Positions 29,909 to 44,650 of a stretch of DNA of 64,000 bases are shown here, piece after piece. The stretch is from positions 40,210 to 104,209 of the forward strand of contig NW_021832134.1 in NCBI RefSeq assembly GCF_006345805.1, read 5' to 3'. The position numbers and the translations under genes are program-made. The first letter of the stretch is position 1, and every line of letters starts with the position of its first letter. The notes beneath the pieces were generated by a model. That model worked only from the letters and a program-made list of their open reading frames with translations, was not told where the DNA came from and did not search any database. This stretch comes from Octopus sinensis (lineage: Eukaryota).

Positions 29909-30950
29909 GAGGGCTGTTCTGTATTGTTTGTGAATAGAGAAGTTGTGTTCGACCAGAGAGAATCGTAGCATCATCATTTTTCTTTTTTGTTTTTTTTTTC
30001 CACGTGCGTTTGTGTTATTGCAATAAAAAGTATTTGTATATTTCCTGTAAGGTAATATTGTGGAGGTTGAAGTTGACTTTTCTAGAGATGTTTGTATGTC
30101 CAGTTAGAAGAACAGGTGTGTTTTTACAATAAAAAGTATATGTTTACATTTATATTTGAATATTCAGGGAGGAAGCAAAGAAAAGTCAGATTTTCATAGA
30201 AAGTTTTAGGGTTTTGTAAGTCCACAAAAAAAAAAAAAAAGCGTGGTGTTTTTAGAGAGAAGAAAAAAAAAGGATGTTTACAGAGGCAATTGTGGGTATC
30301 AAAGTTTTTAAAGCTGGTCGAATGTATAATTGAAAACTGTAGATATGTAAATTTGTAAATTTTCTCAACTTATTTTGAAGGGCTGTTCTGTATTATTTGT
30401 GAATAGAGAAGCTGTGTTCGACCAGAGAGAATCTAAGCATCATTATTTTTTCCATGTGCGTTTGTGTTATTGCAATAAAAAGTGTTTGTATATTTCGTGC
30501 TTATTTTGAAGGGCTATTCTGTATTATTTGTGAATAGAGAAGCTGTGTTCGACCAGAGAGAATCTTAGCATCATTATTTTTTCCATGTGCGTTTGTGTTA
30601 TTGCAATAAAAAGTGTTTGTATATTTCGTGCAAGGTAATATTGTGGAGGTTGAAGTTGACCCCTCTAGAGATGTTTGTATGTCCAGTTAGAAGAACAGGT
30701 GTGTTTTGCAATAAAGAGTATATGTTTACATTTATATTTGAATATTCTGGGAGGAAGCAAAGAAAAGTCAGATTTTCATAGAAAGTTTTTAGGGTTTTGC
30801 AAGTCCACAAAAAGAAAAGCGTGATGTTTTTAGAGAGAAGAAAAAAAAGGGTGCTTACAGAGGCAGTTGTGGGTATTAAAGTTTTTAAAGCCGATCGGAT
30901 GTATGTTTGAAAGCTGCAGATATGTAAATTTGTAAATTTCCTTAACCAAC
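29909..30950. repeat. Nested local tandem duplication X-Y-X-X-Y (X ~131 bp, Y ~320 bp)
   Basis: agggct(g/a)ttctgtatt at about 29910, 30380 and 30510. aaggtaatattgtggaggttgaagttgac at about 30049 and 30632. Confidence 0.9.
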
Positions 30951-31113
30951 TTTGAAGAGAATTTCAAATACTCACGAGGTATTGTAGATGTTCCAGTCTT
31001 TGAGAGTTATTTTTCCCCGTTGCTAAACTGGCCCATATTAGTGTTTCTATGGCTTTCAGCCACCGAACTGTCAGAGCAGTCTTATTATTATTATTATTAT
31101 TATTATTATATTA

Positions 31114-31167
<54 letters not shown>

Positions 31168-32200
31168 GCAGTCTAGAACTCAAGATGACCATCAGTGCCA
31201 ACCTCGATGGCATGCCATGACTCTCGGCAAGGTGGGTGGGGTGTTGAAAAAGACCAATAACATCCGCAGAAATACTGGGTGCAATGATGGGCTGTATGGG
31301 GGCAGGGGGATCAAATCACCTAGTTTGTATAATCTGTCTTACGAGCTTTACTTTATAGTCTAGACTTATCTACTGCAACTGACAGCAGAACGGGAAAATG
31401 TCTAGTTCTGTGAGTCGAGGAGCAGTAGTACTGTTAAGAAAGGACCCAGAAAAAGGGGATGAAAACGAAAATTCTAGGCCCAGGATGCGGCTGAACGCAG
31501 ATTTCAAAATTATGCCCAAGGTGTTAACGAAGTGGTTGGTGCTTGTCGTCGAGGAACTGATTGGTGATGCATAAACATGCAGCATCACAAGCAATCTATC
31601 CACAAAATCCACTTCATGTGATGCATTATATACAGGGTAGGTAAAAAAAACCTGGCATGGGTGGGACTCTACTCAATTTGAATCAATCAAAAGAGTCGAC
31701 TCCCAGACTTAGCGGCCGGTTTCGGTCCCGTTTTCCGTGTCTGGATTGTCACAGTGTACAGCACTAGCTGCTCAGGAGTTCGAGTGAATAGTTTCTGTTC
31801 CGAACTATACAGAATCATGCGCTCGGTCCTTCAATGGCACCTCCTCTCGTCTCTTCTGTATATACTGGCTCTAGAGACACTACTGCTGAAATTAGAGGCG
31901 TTGAGAGGCATCCGGCGCGAACTAGGACGTGGAAGAACCGTGTCGGCATAAGCGGATGGCATCATGGTCATAGTGTTGAACACTATACAGATAGGTTGTG
32001 ACATCTTAAGTGCTTCCTAAACGGCGAGCAGGTGTGGTTGCCGTTTGCCAAATAAGATTTCCCTTAGCTCGTCTCTTTGTCGGTGCTGCAGTCCCGGATC
32101 AAGCGTAGACCGAGGCAGGGTGCTTTGCATCTAGGGTATTATCAGGCGTTCACAGCTCTCTGTTAGTCGGGCAATACAGCCGGTGGATGTTTGTCGACTA
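31168..32200 (+). mobile_element. Decayed Tx1/L1-type ORF2 fragment
   Basis: QQNGK..SRGAVVLLRKDPEKGD..LNADFKI..KVL; LLSSLLYILALETLL..VSA*ADGI (corrupted YADD); GEQVWLPF. Typical Tx1 RT and downstream segments. Confidence 0.75.
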
Positions 32201-32916
32201 ATTTCTGTTCAGTCACTTTAAGCATACCTTGTTCTACTCAAAGTATTTGCCTCCGTTTTCTATAGCCCCTTCTTTTTGTTTCACTTTCTAAGTAGCACTG
32301 CATCACTATCCTGTTTTCTTCGCTGGTCCACTCCCTACTTGCTATGTTATCTGCTGATGCTGTATTAAGATAACCGCTGTGGTCAGTCTGCACCTTTACT
32401 GAAATTCCTGTCTCTCAGAAACTGAGGTAAAATAAACATCGTCATCACTATCGTCATCACAATCATCATCACAATCATCATCGCCACTGTTATTTTTCGA
32501 CATCTGAAAGTTTCAAGCAACTTTCTGTTGCACCTTTGTGCCGGTGGGATGGTGTGTGCTGTATTTTTTGGGGGGCGTGGAGGTATTGCATTGCATCAGT
32601 ATGTTTTGTTATGTCGTTTGGTTTGAGTACTCTGTTGTATTCTTTTATATTAGTTTTTGTATTAGGTGTTGTTTGTGCAGCGTAGGTTTTGTTCATTCTG
32701 TTGGGTATTTGCAGCATGAGTTTAAGTCTTTTGGGATTTGTTATTGTTAATCTCAGTGACAAATGTTGTTGCGGAACCAATCACAACAAAGTCAATGGGT
32801 TGCTTATTGTTTCCCATCTCATTATAGCTTAAATATATTCATGGAAAAAATTCAAGTTTTAAATAGCATCTATAGCGACAAATTTGCCAGCCCAGCGCCA
32901 GCCCACTACCAGCAAG

Positions 32917-32963
<47 letters not shown>

Positions 32964-33139
32964 GAGAGAAAGAGAGAGAGAGAAAGAAAGCAAGAACGAA
33001 CAGTGAGTGAGGTGGATGAGTTTTATCATTTCCGCTGAGGAGTATTTCCTCTTCAACAAGTCATTAACACTATATTCTTCAATCTCCTCATCCTTCTTCT
33101 CCTACTAAAACTATTACTACTACTATTAAAACAACAACT

Positions 33140-33141
33140 AA

Positions 33142-33172
<31 letters not shown>

Positions 33173-33193
33173 CTTCTTCTTCTTCTTCTTCTT

Positions 33194-33235
<42 letters not shown>

Positions 33236-33260
33236 TACTACTACTACTACTACTACTACA
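33140..33260. repeat. Compound (CTT)n-(CTA)n microsatellite
   Basis: Direct reading. Confidence 0.95.
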
Positions 33261-34347
33261 CCATTATTTAGGGGGAGATAAGTTTGCAACTGAAAGAGTA
33301 GCAGAAGCAGTAGTAGCAGTAGCAGTAGCAGCTATTCAAGAATTTGGACCTGGAGATCTCCATTTCCAGCGACTTCGAGGGCCACCTCCCAGTGGTGTCG
33401 GGCGTCAACGAAGAGCTCTCGACTACAACAAGACGACCAAAGTTTTTTTTCTCCAAGGTCTGGGATCTCCCACCCCTAAGCCCTAGACCATCACCTAATC
33501 ACCCTTACCCGTCTTGTTGCGGTTCTTTAGAGAGCATGAATTAATCTGCTTTTGGTTATCCATAGACAAGTAACTTGTCCGTCTCAATCTCTTGAATTGA
33601 CGGTGCTGGCAAAAAAAACAAAAAAAACACCCGTTTAAGTAACGAAAGTTTGTCAAGCAAAATTGTTTTTTCTCGGCACGGTGGTTCATAATCACGATAT
33701 AACAGTTACTGGCAGTGTGAACAAAGTTAAAATAACTAATTTTCGTCGTCGCATATACGAACATATATTTGTATGTGCGTGTTATCCGGTTGTGTTGTAG
33801 TCGTTATTTTTTATATTGTGCAAATTTGCTTTTTCTGATATTAAATTGCTACTCTTTGTATTTAAAAGTGCATCTGTTTATTGTCATTGCCTCCGATAGT
33901 ATTGTTTTGAATTGTATAGCTTTCTCTAACCTTTTCCCGTGTGTTTGATGATTAAAAGACTTTTCTTTCAAAGGGCGCCTTCAGTGCTATTCTATTTTTG
34001 TTTGTTGCGCATGATTAGCTCTTAATGTCTCCTTGGTAGAGAAAGCCTTATTGAAAATCATTATACATACAGCAAAATTCTAGAAGAAAACACAAAGAAA
34101 ACAAAACAATACAAAAAGAAGTGTTGAAAACAGACATTCTGCCTACCTCACACTGTCGAAGACTTCATTACGATGCAAATGTCACCTTTTTGTAAAATAA
34201 TTCGAGAGAAATAATTTTTATCCAGTAAAGCTTCTTAACATTTCAAAAATTGCTGTTAACTATTATGACACCATAACAAACATAAATGATGATAGCGATA
34301 ATAAAGCAACAGCAGCAGCAGTTGCAATAATAATAATAATAATAATA

Positions 34348-34379
<32 letters not shown>

Positions 34380-34501
34380 AATAATATGTACACAATACTA
34401 CTACTACTACTAATAATAACAATGATGATGATGATGATGATGATATGTTGCATAGTAATAATAATAATAATAATAACAACAACAACAACAACAACAACAA
34501 C

Positions 34502-34535
<34 letters not shown>

Positions 34536-34549
34536 TGTATATGATAATA

Positions 34550-34672
34550 ATGTACATTGGTATAAAAAAATGGTCTACAGTAAATATTCTGCTCAATACC
34601 ACAGATTTGCTAGTCAGTTGAGCATGTCCCTTAGTGGCTGACGATATGTGCATCTCTGATCATGAGCAGAAG
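34550..34672. mobile_element. Family F internal fragment, inverted
   Basis: aatattctgctcaataccacagatttgct...gagcatgtccctt...tctctgatcatgagcagaagta is the reverse complement of about 18340-18485. Confidence 0.75.
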
Positions 34673-34699
34673 TACTACTACTACTACTACTACTACTAT

Positions 34700-34743
<44 letters not shown>

Positions 34744-34789
34744 ACAATAATAATAATTATTATTATAATTTCTACCATAGGAACAAGGC

Positions 34790-35148
34790 CTGAAATTTGG
34801 GGAAGGCAGATAGTCGACTACATCTAGCCCAATACTTGACTGGTATTTATTTTATCGACCCCGAAAGGATGAAAGGCAAAATTTGAACTCGGAACGTAAA
34901 GACGAACGAAATACCTATTTCTTTACTACCCACAAGGGGCTAAACACAGAGGGGACAAACAAGGACAGACAAACGGATTAAGTCGATAGTATCGACGCCA
35001 GTGCGTAACTGGTACTTAATTTATCGACCCCGAAATGATGAAAGGCAAAGTCGACCTCGTCGGAATTTGAACTCAGAACGTAACGGCAGACGAAATACGG
35101 CTACGCATTTCGCCCGGCGTGCTAACGTTTCTGCCAGCTCGTCGCCTT
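34790..35148 (-). mobile_element. SINE family A with head-to-tail reiterated body
   Basis: cgaaatac junction at 34907 and 35091 (184-bp period). Head ends at about 35148. Confidence 0.85.
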
Positions 35149-35538
35149 GAACAACAACAACAACAACAACAATGATGATGGTGATGATGTTGATGATGAT
35201 ATGATTCTTCTTAAGAATATTATTATTACTGTTAATACTGTATTTACATTATGAGTTCAAACACCACCGAGGTTGACCTTACCTTTCATCATTTTGGGGT
35301 CGATAAAACAAGCAAGAGTCGATATAAAGAAAACGTTCAGGTTTCCTTCGGTTTAGAGTTTCGGGTGCTATTTCTTGCATTTTATTAGCCACTTAAAAGT
35401 CAAACCGTTCCTCATTAACCTGTCTAATCATGGGTGTTATTCTGAGCCGTGGATCCTGGACTTTTTCTTTCATATATATATATATGTTAGTATATATGTA
35501 TTTATATTTACTTATATATATACACACACACACACATT

Positions 35539-35570
<32 letters not shown>

Positions 35571-35666
35571 AGCATGTATGTATCTCTGTATCTATCCATC
35601 TCCTTCACTATTTCTCTCTTTCTCTCTATCTATCCATGTGTATACACACAACACACCCACACACAC

Positions 35667-35703
<37 letters not shown>

Positions 35704-35710
35704 ATATATA

Positions 35711-37100
35711 TAGAATATATATATATATATTCTTCAACTGCAGATGTATAAAATGCGATTTACGACAATTTATTGAAATTCATTGCAATAAGATCCCAAG
35801 AAATATCCTAAAAGTTAATCAAATTTCACCAAGGCATCAATTCAAAGTAAACTGATGAAGGAAAATAATAGAATTAAATTTTCGTTTCATCTTGTGCATT
35901 TTCTCAATATTGTACGTTATTGAATTTCTATCTGCTGCGGCGACGGTCGTTCACTTTCTGCATGAAAACTTATAATTATATAAAATATAATTTTGAATAT
36001 TATCATTATTCTTCAGTTCTAATTCTGTTATCTGATATATAGCTCTTTCTTTTCTTACTTCATTCTCTATTTCTTTTCTTCCATAAAAAAAATCTCTGCT
36101 TTTATCTTGATGTATCGACTTGTACTGGAATATTAAAATTTATCCTTTCAGGTTGACTCCTAGTTGATAAGATGAGCAATTTCTATTCTTCTGTAATAAC
36201 ATACACACAGACACACACACACGCATACTTACACGCATAAATATACACACACACGCGTATACCTACTCACGTACAAACGTATGCACACACACACATACAC
36301 ATGTATGTCTTTATAGAAATATAGAAGTTATTCATGTGTTCAACTTGAAGACCGCTTTTTCTAAGTATATCAGTTCATCCATGACATTTTCATCTGGCCT
36401 TCTCATTCAGACTTATTAACTTTTGCATTCATTCCGTGCCTGCGAGGGAAATTTTATAACTAAAATAATTATTTTATATGGCAGTCAGTACATCACATCA
36501 CTGAATTTGAATTTAAAATTCAAATTCATACCAAAGAATTTATGGCATAATTTCAGTTATTCTTGCTCGTTTTGGTTTTCAGTATTCAAATTAATGCGAG
36601 TCAAAAATGTACTGAACTCTCTCCGTGTATGTTAATTTACCCATATCTTTTCGGAGACGAGTGGATGAAATGAAATGAAGACCGAAACAAGGATCAAATT
36701 GTTTTGTTCTCGTAAGGATATTAATTAAACTGTGCAATTTTTATTATTATTTAAAATTATCTCTGCTTCCCATTCAGATTTAGAAACAATAATCACTGGA
36801 TTTATGTTTTCCCTCTCTGTCTAAGAAAAACATTTAAGATTTTATATCTACAGCATTCAGTACACCCATGTCGACTATATATTTTCAATACGTGATCGCG
36901 TGTGTATCGTTGGCGATTTTCTTCCCCCGTCTTCCCTTCTTTGGACTTTTTCTATATTTCTGACGAAGAGCTCCGCTCGAAACGTGAATCCTTTCTCTTT
37001 CTCTTTCCTTTCCCGGGTGTCCAATAACACTATACTTATTCCACGTCCTCGCGTTGTTGTTTTTTCTTGCTGTTCATGTTTGGATTGACTATATGTATAT

Positions 37101-37168
<68 letters not shown>

Positions 37169-38553
37169 TATATATATAATATATATAGAATATATATATA
37201 TATTCTTCAACTGCAGATGTATAAAATGCGATTTACGACAATTTATTGAAATTCATTGCAATAAGATCCCAAGAAATATCCTAAAAGTTAATCAAATTTC
37301 ACCAACACAAGGCATCAATTCAAAGTAAACTGATGAAGGAAAATAATAGAATTAAATTTTCGTTTCATCTTGTGCATTTTCTCAATATTGTACGTTATTG
37401 AATTTCTATCTGCTGCGGCGACGGTCGTTCACTTTCTGCATGAAAACTTATAATTATATAAAATATAATTTGAATATTATCATTATTCTTCAGTTCTATT
37501 TCTGTTATCTGATATATAGCTCTTTCTTTTCTTACTTCATTCTCTATTTCTTTTCTTCCATAAAAAAAATCTCTGCTTTTATCTTGATGTATCGACTTGT
37601 ACTGGAATATTAAAATTTATCCTTTCAGGTTGACTCCTAGTTGATAAGATGAGCAATTTCTATTCTTCTGTAATAACATACACACAGACACACACACACG
37701 CATACTTACACGCATAAATATACACACACACGCGTATACCTACTCACGTACAAACGTATGCACACACACACATACACATGTATGTCTTTATAGAAATATA
37801 GAAGTTATTCATGTGTTCAACTTGAAGACCGCTTTTTCTAAGTATATCAGTCATCCATGACATTTTCATCTGGCCTTCTCATTCAGACTTATTAACTTTG
37901 CATTCATTCCGTGCCTGCGAGGGAAATTTTATAACTAAAATAATTATTTTATATGGCAGTCAGTACATCACATCACTGAATTTGAATTTAAAATTCAAAT
38001 TCATACCAAAGAATTTATGGCATAATTTCAGTTATTCTTGCTCGTTTTGGTTTTCAGTATTCAAATTAATGCGAGTCAAAAATGTACTGAACTCTCTCCG
38101 TGTATGTTAATTTGCCCATATCTTTTCGGAGACGAGTGGATGAAATGAAATGAAGACCGAAACAAGGATCAAATTGTTTTGTTCTCGTAAGGATATTAAT
38201 TAAACTGTGCAATTTTTATTATTATTTAAAATTATCTCTGCTTCCCATTCAGATTTAGAAACAATAATCACTGGATTTATGTTTTCCCTCTCTGTCTAAG
38301 AAAAGATTTTATATCTACAGCATTCAGTACACCCATGTCGACTATATATTTTCAATACGTGATCGCGTGTGTATCGTTGGCGATTTTCTTCCCCCGTCTT
38401 CCCTTCTTGGACTTTTTCTATATTTCGACGAAGAGCTCCGCTCGAAACGTGAATCCTTCTCTTTCTCTTTCCTTTCCCGGTGTCCAATAACACTATACTT
38501 ATTCCACGTCCTCGCGTTGTTGTTTTTTCTTGCTTGTTCATGTTTGGATTGAC

Positions 38554-38560
<7 letters not shown>
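35711..38560. repeat. Near-identical tandem duplication, period 1475 bp
   Basis: Identical ORFs at 36423 and 37898. The units differ only by small indels and are separated by (TA)n. Confidence 0.95.
36960..36986 (+). ncRNA. Minimal hammerhead ribozyme-like motif
   Basis: CTGACGA-a-GAGC-tcc-GCTC-GAAA-cgtg. The duplicate at 38426-38451 lacks one core base. Confidence 0.5.
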
Positions 38561-38635
<75 letters not shown>

Positions 38636-38918
38636 GAATCTATCTTGTCAGATCTAAGTATCTTTCGAAATATATGGCGTAATGGGTTCGTATTACGAGC
38701 CCACGAAACTGTAAGTCACATGGGGCTGAGTGAAATTGTTATTAAATAACGCGCGCGCGCACACACACACGTACACACACACAAACACAAACACACATAC
38801 ACATTCTCACCACGTCATGCGCACATACACCCATTCACAAACTTTTCCCCTGTTTCGACAGTCGCCAATGACCTGCTGCTGACACTAATACACACACACA
38901 AATATAACCACACACACG

Positions 38919-38969
<51 letters not shown>

Positions 38970-39059
38970 CACACACAAACACACGCACACACAAACACAT
39001 ACACTCACACACTCTTCCTTTTTATACTCTCCTGTGCCAAGAACTTACCGGAAGTAGAA

Positions 39060-39265
39060 ATAGATAGAGTGTGATGTGGGCGATTTCTTTTCCTTCTTTG
39101 GACTTTTCCCTTTCTCCGTTCCGACGAAGAGCTATGCTCGAATCGTCAAAATCTCCCCTTTCACCGAACGTCAAGCTAACATTTCTTGTGGATGTTCTCA
39201 CGTTCGTTTTTATTCGCTTTTTTGTTTGTTTGTTCGAATTGTTTGTTTATTTGAATTGACTATAT
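39060..39265 (+). mobile_element. Family G terminus with hammerhead-like motif
   Basis: CCGACGA-a-GAGC-tat-GCTC-GAAT-cgtc at 39121-39147. Shares ccttctttggactttt upstream and the terminal attgactata with 36900-37095. Confidence 0.55.
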
Positions 39266-39286
39266 ATACATACATACATACATACA

Positions 39287-39322
<36 letters not shown>

Positions 39323-39334
39323 TATATATATTCG

Positions 39335-39770
<436 letters not shown>

Positions 39771-39835
39771 TTATATATATATATATATAATATATATATA
39801 TATATACACATACATTACAATACACATATACATGC

Positions 39836-39905
<70 letters not shown>

Positions 39906-40014
39906 ATATAGTGAACAATGAGACCCAGATTCTCAGTATAGAAGACAGTAGAGCTCAAATGATTCAAACTGAGATTCCGGTGTCTTTACAGGGAATCAAT
40001 TCCATGGTGTTCGT

Positions 40015-40330
40015 TTAATCGTGAGAAATAACATCATCCAAATGCTTCCCATTGTTTTGTGAACATATCAACAACTTATTCTGGATTTTCTGTAATATGC
40101 CTCATATCAACTCTCGAGGTATTATCGCAGTTTTCTGACTAATAGTTGTTTTCTATCCAACAGCGTCCGTGGTTTGTTGGTGTCTCATTTTCGTTTGAGG
40201 TAACCCTAGAGGAAATGCTCACAAAGCGAAAAGTCCAGTGATTGATTAGGCATTGTCAGACCAACAGTCTGAAAAATGATACGGCCACTAAATATTTTTT
40301 AAAACGCGCTGTTATGGAAACCATCCGTGA
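40015..40330 (-). mobile_element. Decayed mariner transposase C-terminus
   Basis: LDFSLCEHFL*GYLKRK*DTNKPRTL and NNGKHLDDVI match the mariner SPDL..DFFLWGYLK..NKP.T and NG.HL.D.I segments. Confidence 0.55.
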
Positions 40331-40904
40331 CGTATATACATGCCACCTCTGTTCAATTACAAGTAAAGAAAGTTGTGCATCATGAATATATAGAAATCAG
40401 AAGCGTCCACTTTTGTTTATTTTTTTAATCGGTAACAATTTTCAAAAGTGTTCCAAGGACTGAGAGTTCGTGTGTGACACTTATCAATTTGATTTAAAAC
40501 CTACAGTATGTTTCTTAGTATGAATTATAAATGCTTTCAGATTAAAAATTAATTTTGGAGATCTACCTGAAAATTGGAAACTTCGAATAATCTGTTACTT
40601 AAACAGGGAGTAGGTGTAACGAGTAAATCAAATACACGAATGCAAGAACACAAACGCACACATACACATAGACACATGCATACATATTTTTAACTGGCAG
40701 TTTTATTCGAAAATTGCTATTTTCACGTATCTCTCAAGATTAATTCTTTATTGAACATTCCTGCAAGAATTTCTATTCCCATTATATAAGAGCTTAGGCT
40801 TATCTCATATTCCATTTGATACATACCTTGTGTAAAGCACTCGGTATTTGGCTAACTTTACTAACCTTCTGCCGATTAAAAGAAATATAATAAAAATATA
40901 TTTA

Positions 40905-41310
40905 GGTGCAGATATGGCTCTGTTTAAGAAGCTCGCTTCGCAACCACCTGGTTAATGGGTTCAGACCTACAGCGCAGCATCTTAGTCGTGTCCGTTACAA
41001 CAGCCCTGAACTGACCAGTGCATTAGCAGGGAATTTGGTTAACGAAAACTGTGGAAGCCGTCGTATACATATGTACGTGTATGCGTATGTAGGTATGTGC
41101 GTGTGTATATATGTCTTTGCGTTTGTCCCCAACGTCATTCGACAACCGGTATTGGTTTGTTTACGTCTCCGTAAGTTATAAGTTTGGCGAAAGTGAACGA
41201 TAGAATGACTACCCGATTGAAGAATAAGCACTGCTATCAATTTGATCGACTGAATTCTTGATGGCGGTGCTCCAGCATGGTCGCAGTCCAAAGACTGAAG
41301 GAAGCCGAAG
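40905..41310 (+). mobile_element. Diverged SINE family B
   Basis: Head remnants and tail gtttacgtctccgtaa...ggcggtgctccagcatgg. Confidence 0.7.
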
Positions 41311-41784
41311 ACACAAGATGAAAGATGATACATACTAATGCACAGACTTCCGTTTTACCTCTTTTACCTAATCCGTTATTAGAAACATCGTTATTTTTCA
41401 TTTGCTAAAATGTAAAAACACGATCTGTTTACATATCAATTTTGTATGTTTTTCTGTTCATTTCTTTAAATGTATTATTGCCTTCGAGAAAACTTTTCTT
41501 TGAAGACGTAATCGATACTAACTCGTTTCTTGCTGCATCCATTCTTGCTCCCTTAGAAGAAGCCACATTAAATTATCTGTAAACAAAATAATTTACTTTA
41601 AAAAACACAACAACCGAACGATTTATCTAAATGTACCCTAAGTAGTTGAGTAACCATGAAATGTTCTGAAGATTCTCAAATTACATTTTGTTGCCTGGAA
41701 CAAGAAAGACACACCAGGATAATGTATCCGTACATACTGTTACAAAGGGATGGGATTGTCATGGCGAATGTCTTCGCCTCTGTT

Positions 41785-42197
41785 GGCGGCGAGCTGGTAG
41801 AATCGTTAGCATACCGGGCGAAATGCTTAGCGGTATTTCGTCTGTCGTTATGTTGTGAGTTCAAATTCCGCCGAGGTCGACTTTGCCTTTCATCCTTTCG
41901 GGGTCAATAAATTAAGTACCAGTTACGCACTGGGGTCGATGTAATCGACTTAATACCTGTGTCTGTCCTTGTTTGTCCCCTCTATGTTTAGCCCCTTGTG
42001 GGTAATAAAGAAACAGGTATTTCGTCTGCCGTTATGTTCTGAGTTCAAATTCCGCCGAGGTCGACTTTGCCTTTCATCATTTAGGGGTCAATAAATTAAG
42101 TACCAGTTATGCACTGGGGTCGATAGAATCGACTTAATCCGTTTGTCTGTCCTTGTTTGTCCCCTCACTGTTTAGCCCCTTGTGGGCAATAAAGAAA
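41785..42197 (+). mobile_element. SINE family A with head-to-tail reiterated body
   Basis: ggcggcgagctggtagaatcgttagc head. ggtatttcg junction at 41832 and 42016 (184-bp period). Confidence 0.9.
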
Positions 42198-42269
42198 TAT
42201 AATGTCTTCATTCCTGTAGCTGCTCAATCAGGGCTGACCTGTGACTGAACATCATCATCACTACCACCA

Positions 42270-42720
<451 letters not shown>

Positions 42721-43266
42721 CTAAATAGATGCTGGGGAACATTTTAGGCGAGGCGCTCTCTCCCATCACACATTTAAAATATTAATTCTTTCAAAAGGCT
42801 GAGTAGGAATAGAACGGAAGCAACCTCAATTTATTACTGCTAGTTGTTTGTTTTATCTACAATTGAGAAATGGAAATTAACATCGACTGAGACAATATTT
42901 GACGTCAGAGTAAAAAATGGACAAAACTCAGTATTTAATTAAAGATATTTATTTCATCATTCTACTATTTATGTCAAGTCTCTGTCTTCGTTTCTCAGTA
43001 AATATTTTCCAAACGACTTGTCGGAAATTCTATCTTGACAATTTTCTTTTAGTTTTCGTTCGCAAATACTGGTCGAAGAAGTCAACCATAAAACATCGAA
43101 ATGCATCGGAAAACAAGCAAAATTAAATGACATTGTCAAGTTAATAAAATCGAGGAAATAGAGTTGGGTGTAGACGCGTCTGGTGGACGTGTGTTACAAC
43201 AGGTTGGCAAAAAGGCTGACAGAATGAATTCTGTGTAACAGTCAGGGGGGAAAAAATCCACAAGCG

Positions 43267-43439
43267 CAGGCCTGGCTGTGTGGCCAGATTACTTTCCAAC
43301 TACATGGTTTCTAGTTCAGTCCCACTGTGTGGCACTTTGAGAGAGTGTTTTCTATTATAACTCGAAGTCAACGAAATATTTCTGAACGGATTTTGTAGAC
43401 GGAAACCAAATAGAGTTCGTCGTAATACATACATATGCT

Positions 43440-43478
<39 letters not shown>

Positions 43479-43730
43479 GTGTGTTACATAATAGTGCGTG
43501 CGTTACATAAATAATATTTTCAGGATTAAATAAAAGACAACAAATAGAAAATAAAATGACAACAAAAAGACATATTTTCCGGCAAAGAGACTGATCAAAC
43601 AAGTACCACACTTAAAAATGAAATAAGTACTGGGGACGATCTGTTTGACTAAAAACCATTTAGTGCGGTGCCCCAGCATCGCCGTAGTCCAATGACTGAA
43701 ACACGTAAAAAATAAAAGACGACAACGAAC
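43267..43730 (+). mobile_element. SINE family B with internal (GCAC)n
   Basis: Head 43267-43430, tail 43570-43730. Confidence 0.7.
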
Positions 43731-43879
43731 AAGATAGAAGGATGAACTAGATGGATGGGACAAAAACCAGAGACCACGCATGCAAAAATGAAGGTTATAT
43801 ATATATATATATCTGAGTTCAATTTGTCTAAGTCGAAAGACGCCTGTTGTTATGTCTTATTATTATTATTATTATTATT

Positions 43880-44147
43880 GTTTTTTGTATTTATATTCGT
43901 GTAACATCGTCCGTTTTTCTGTCCTTGTTTCGTATACATTCGATCCTTTTCCCAAGAAATCGTAGCTTAGTTTTTCCTTGGGGCTGGACAGATCGGAGCA
44001 ATCTCAAGATTAATCAGCCGAAATTGCGAGGATGATCCGGTTCTTGACTGAAGATTAGAGGCTTCGAATGACCTGTCCGTGTTTTTTGTATCGTCTATTT
44101 GAATGTTTTGCGTTCTTGTCCCATTTTGTATTTCTATATATATATAA
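43880..44147. mobile_element. Unclassified repeat family D abutting (TA)n
   Basis: gcttagtttttccttggggctgg..ggagcaatctcaag..cagccgaaattgc recurs inverted at 55205-55415 and 59690-59812. Confidence 0.75.
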
Positions 44148-44406
44148 AGGAACAGATCTTTTCCTGGCAGTGTGAGAGGAATGAAGGCTTTATTGAAAGA
44201 TATTACTCAAGAACTTATCCAGTATCATGGCTAATCAGCAGCTATTAAATATTGTATTAGAATTTTAAATGACAGTTGTGTGAGTAAGAATCTCGCGATT
44301 TCCAGTTAATTCTTAGGGCACGTCACCTTGGGCAAGTGTCTTCTGTTTATAGTTCCGGGTCGTGAGTATATCTGGTAGATGGAAACCGTGTGGAAGCTCA
44401 TTATAT

Positions 44407-44650
44407 GAGGGCGCATGGCTTAGTGGTTAGGGTATTGCACTCACAATCACGAGATCTTGGTTTCGATTCCTAGACCGGGTGGTGAGCTGTGTTCTTCAGC
44501 AAAACACTTCCTCTCACGTTGCTCTGTAATTACTTTGACACCTGACGCGCGGCACACAGTGCACCTGTTCAGGCAACGTCAACTTGACGGAAAGAATGAG
44601 CTATTGTGGGTCGTTCGGCAAAAGCTGAACGCTCATACGTCGTTTTCGAC
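44407..44650 (+). mobile_element. SINE family C with alternative 3' module
   Basis: tggcttagtggttag A box, ggtttcgattcc B box, gcaaaacacttcctctcacgttgctc body. The tail differs from the 22334 copy. Confidence 0.75.

Noticed and set aside
33344-33544. MDLEISISSDFEGHLP ORF, possibly a LINE ORF1 start
   Set aside because: No diagnostic motif, and it lies downstream of the Tx1 RT fragment, so it cannot be that element's ORF1.
41832-42197. Regularly spaced repeats considered as a CRISPR-like array
   Set aside because: These are whole-unit SINE duplications with no unique spacers, in eukaryotic context.
44040-44080. Hammerhead-like CTGAAGA...CGAAT in family D
   Set aside because: No consistent stem II across the three copies, GAAA is absent, and there is no UH site with stem I.
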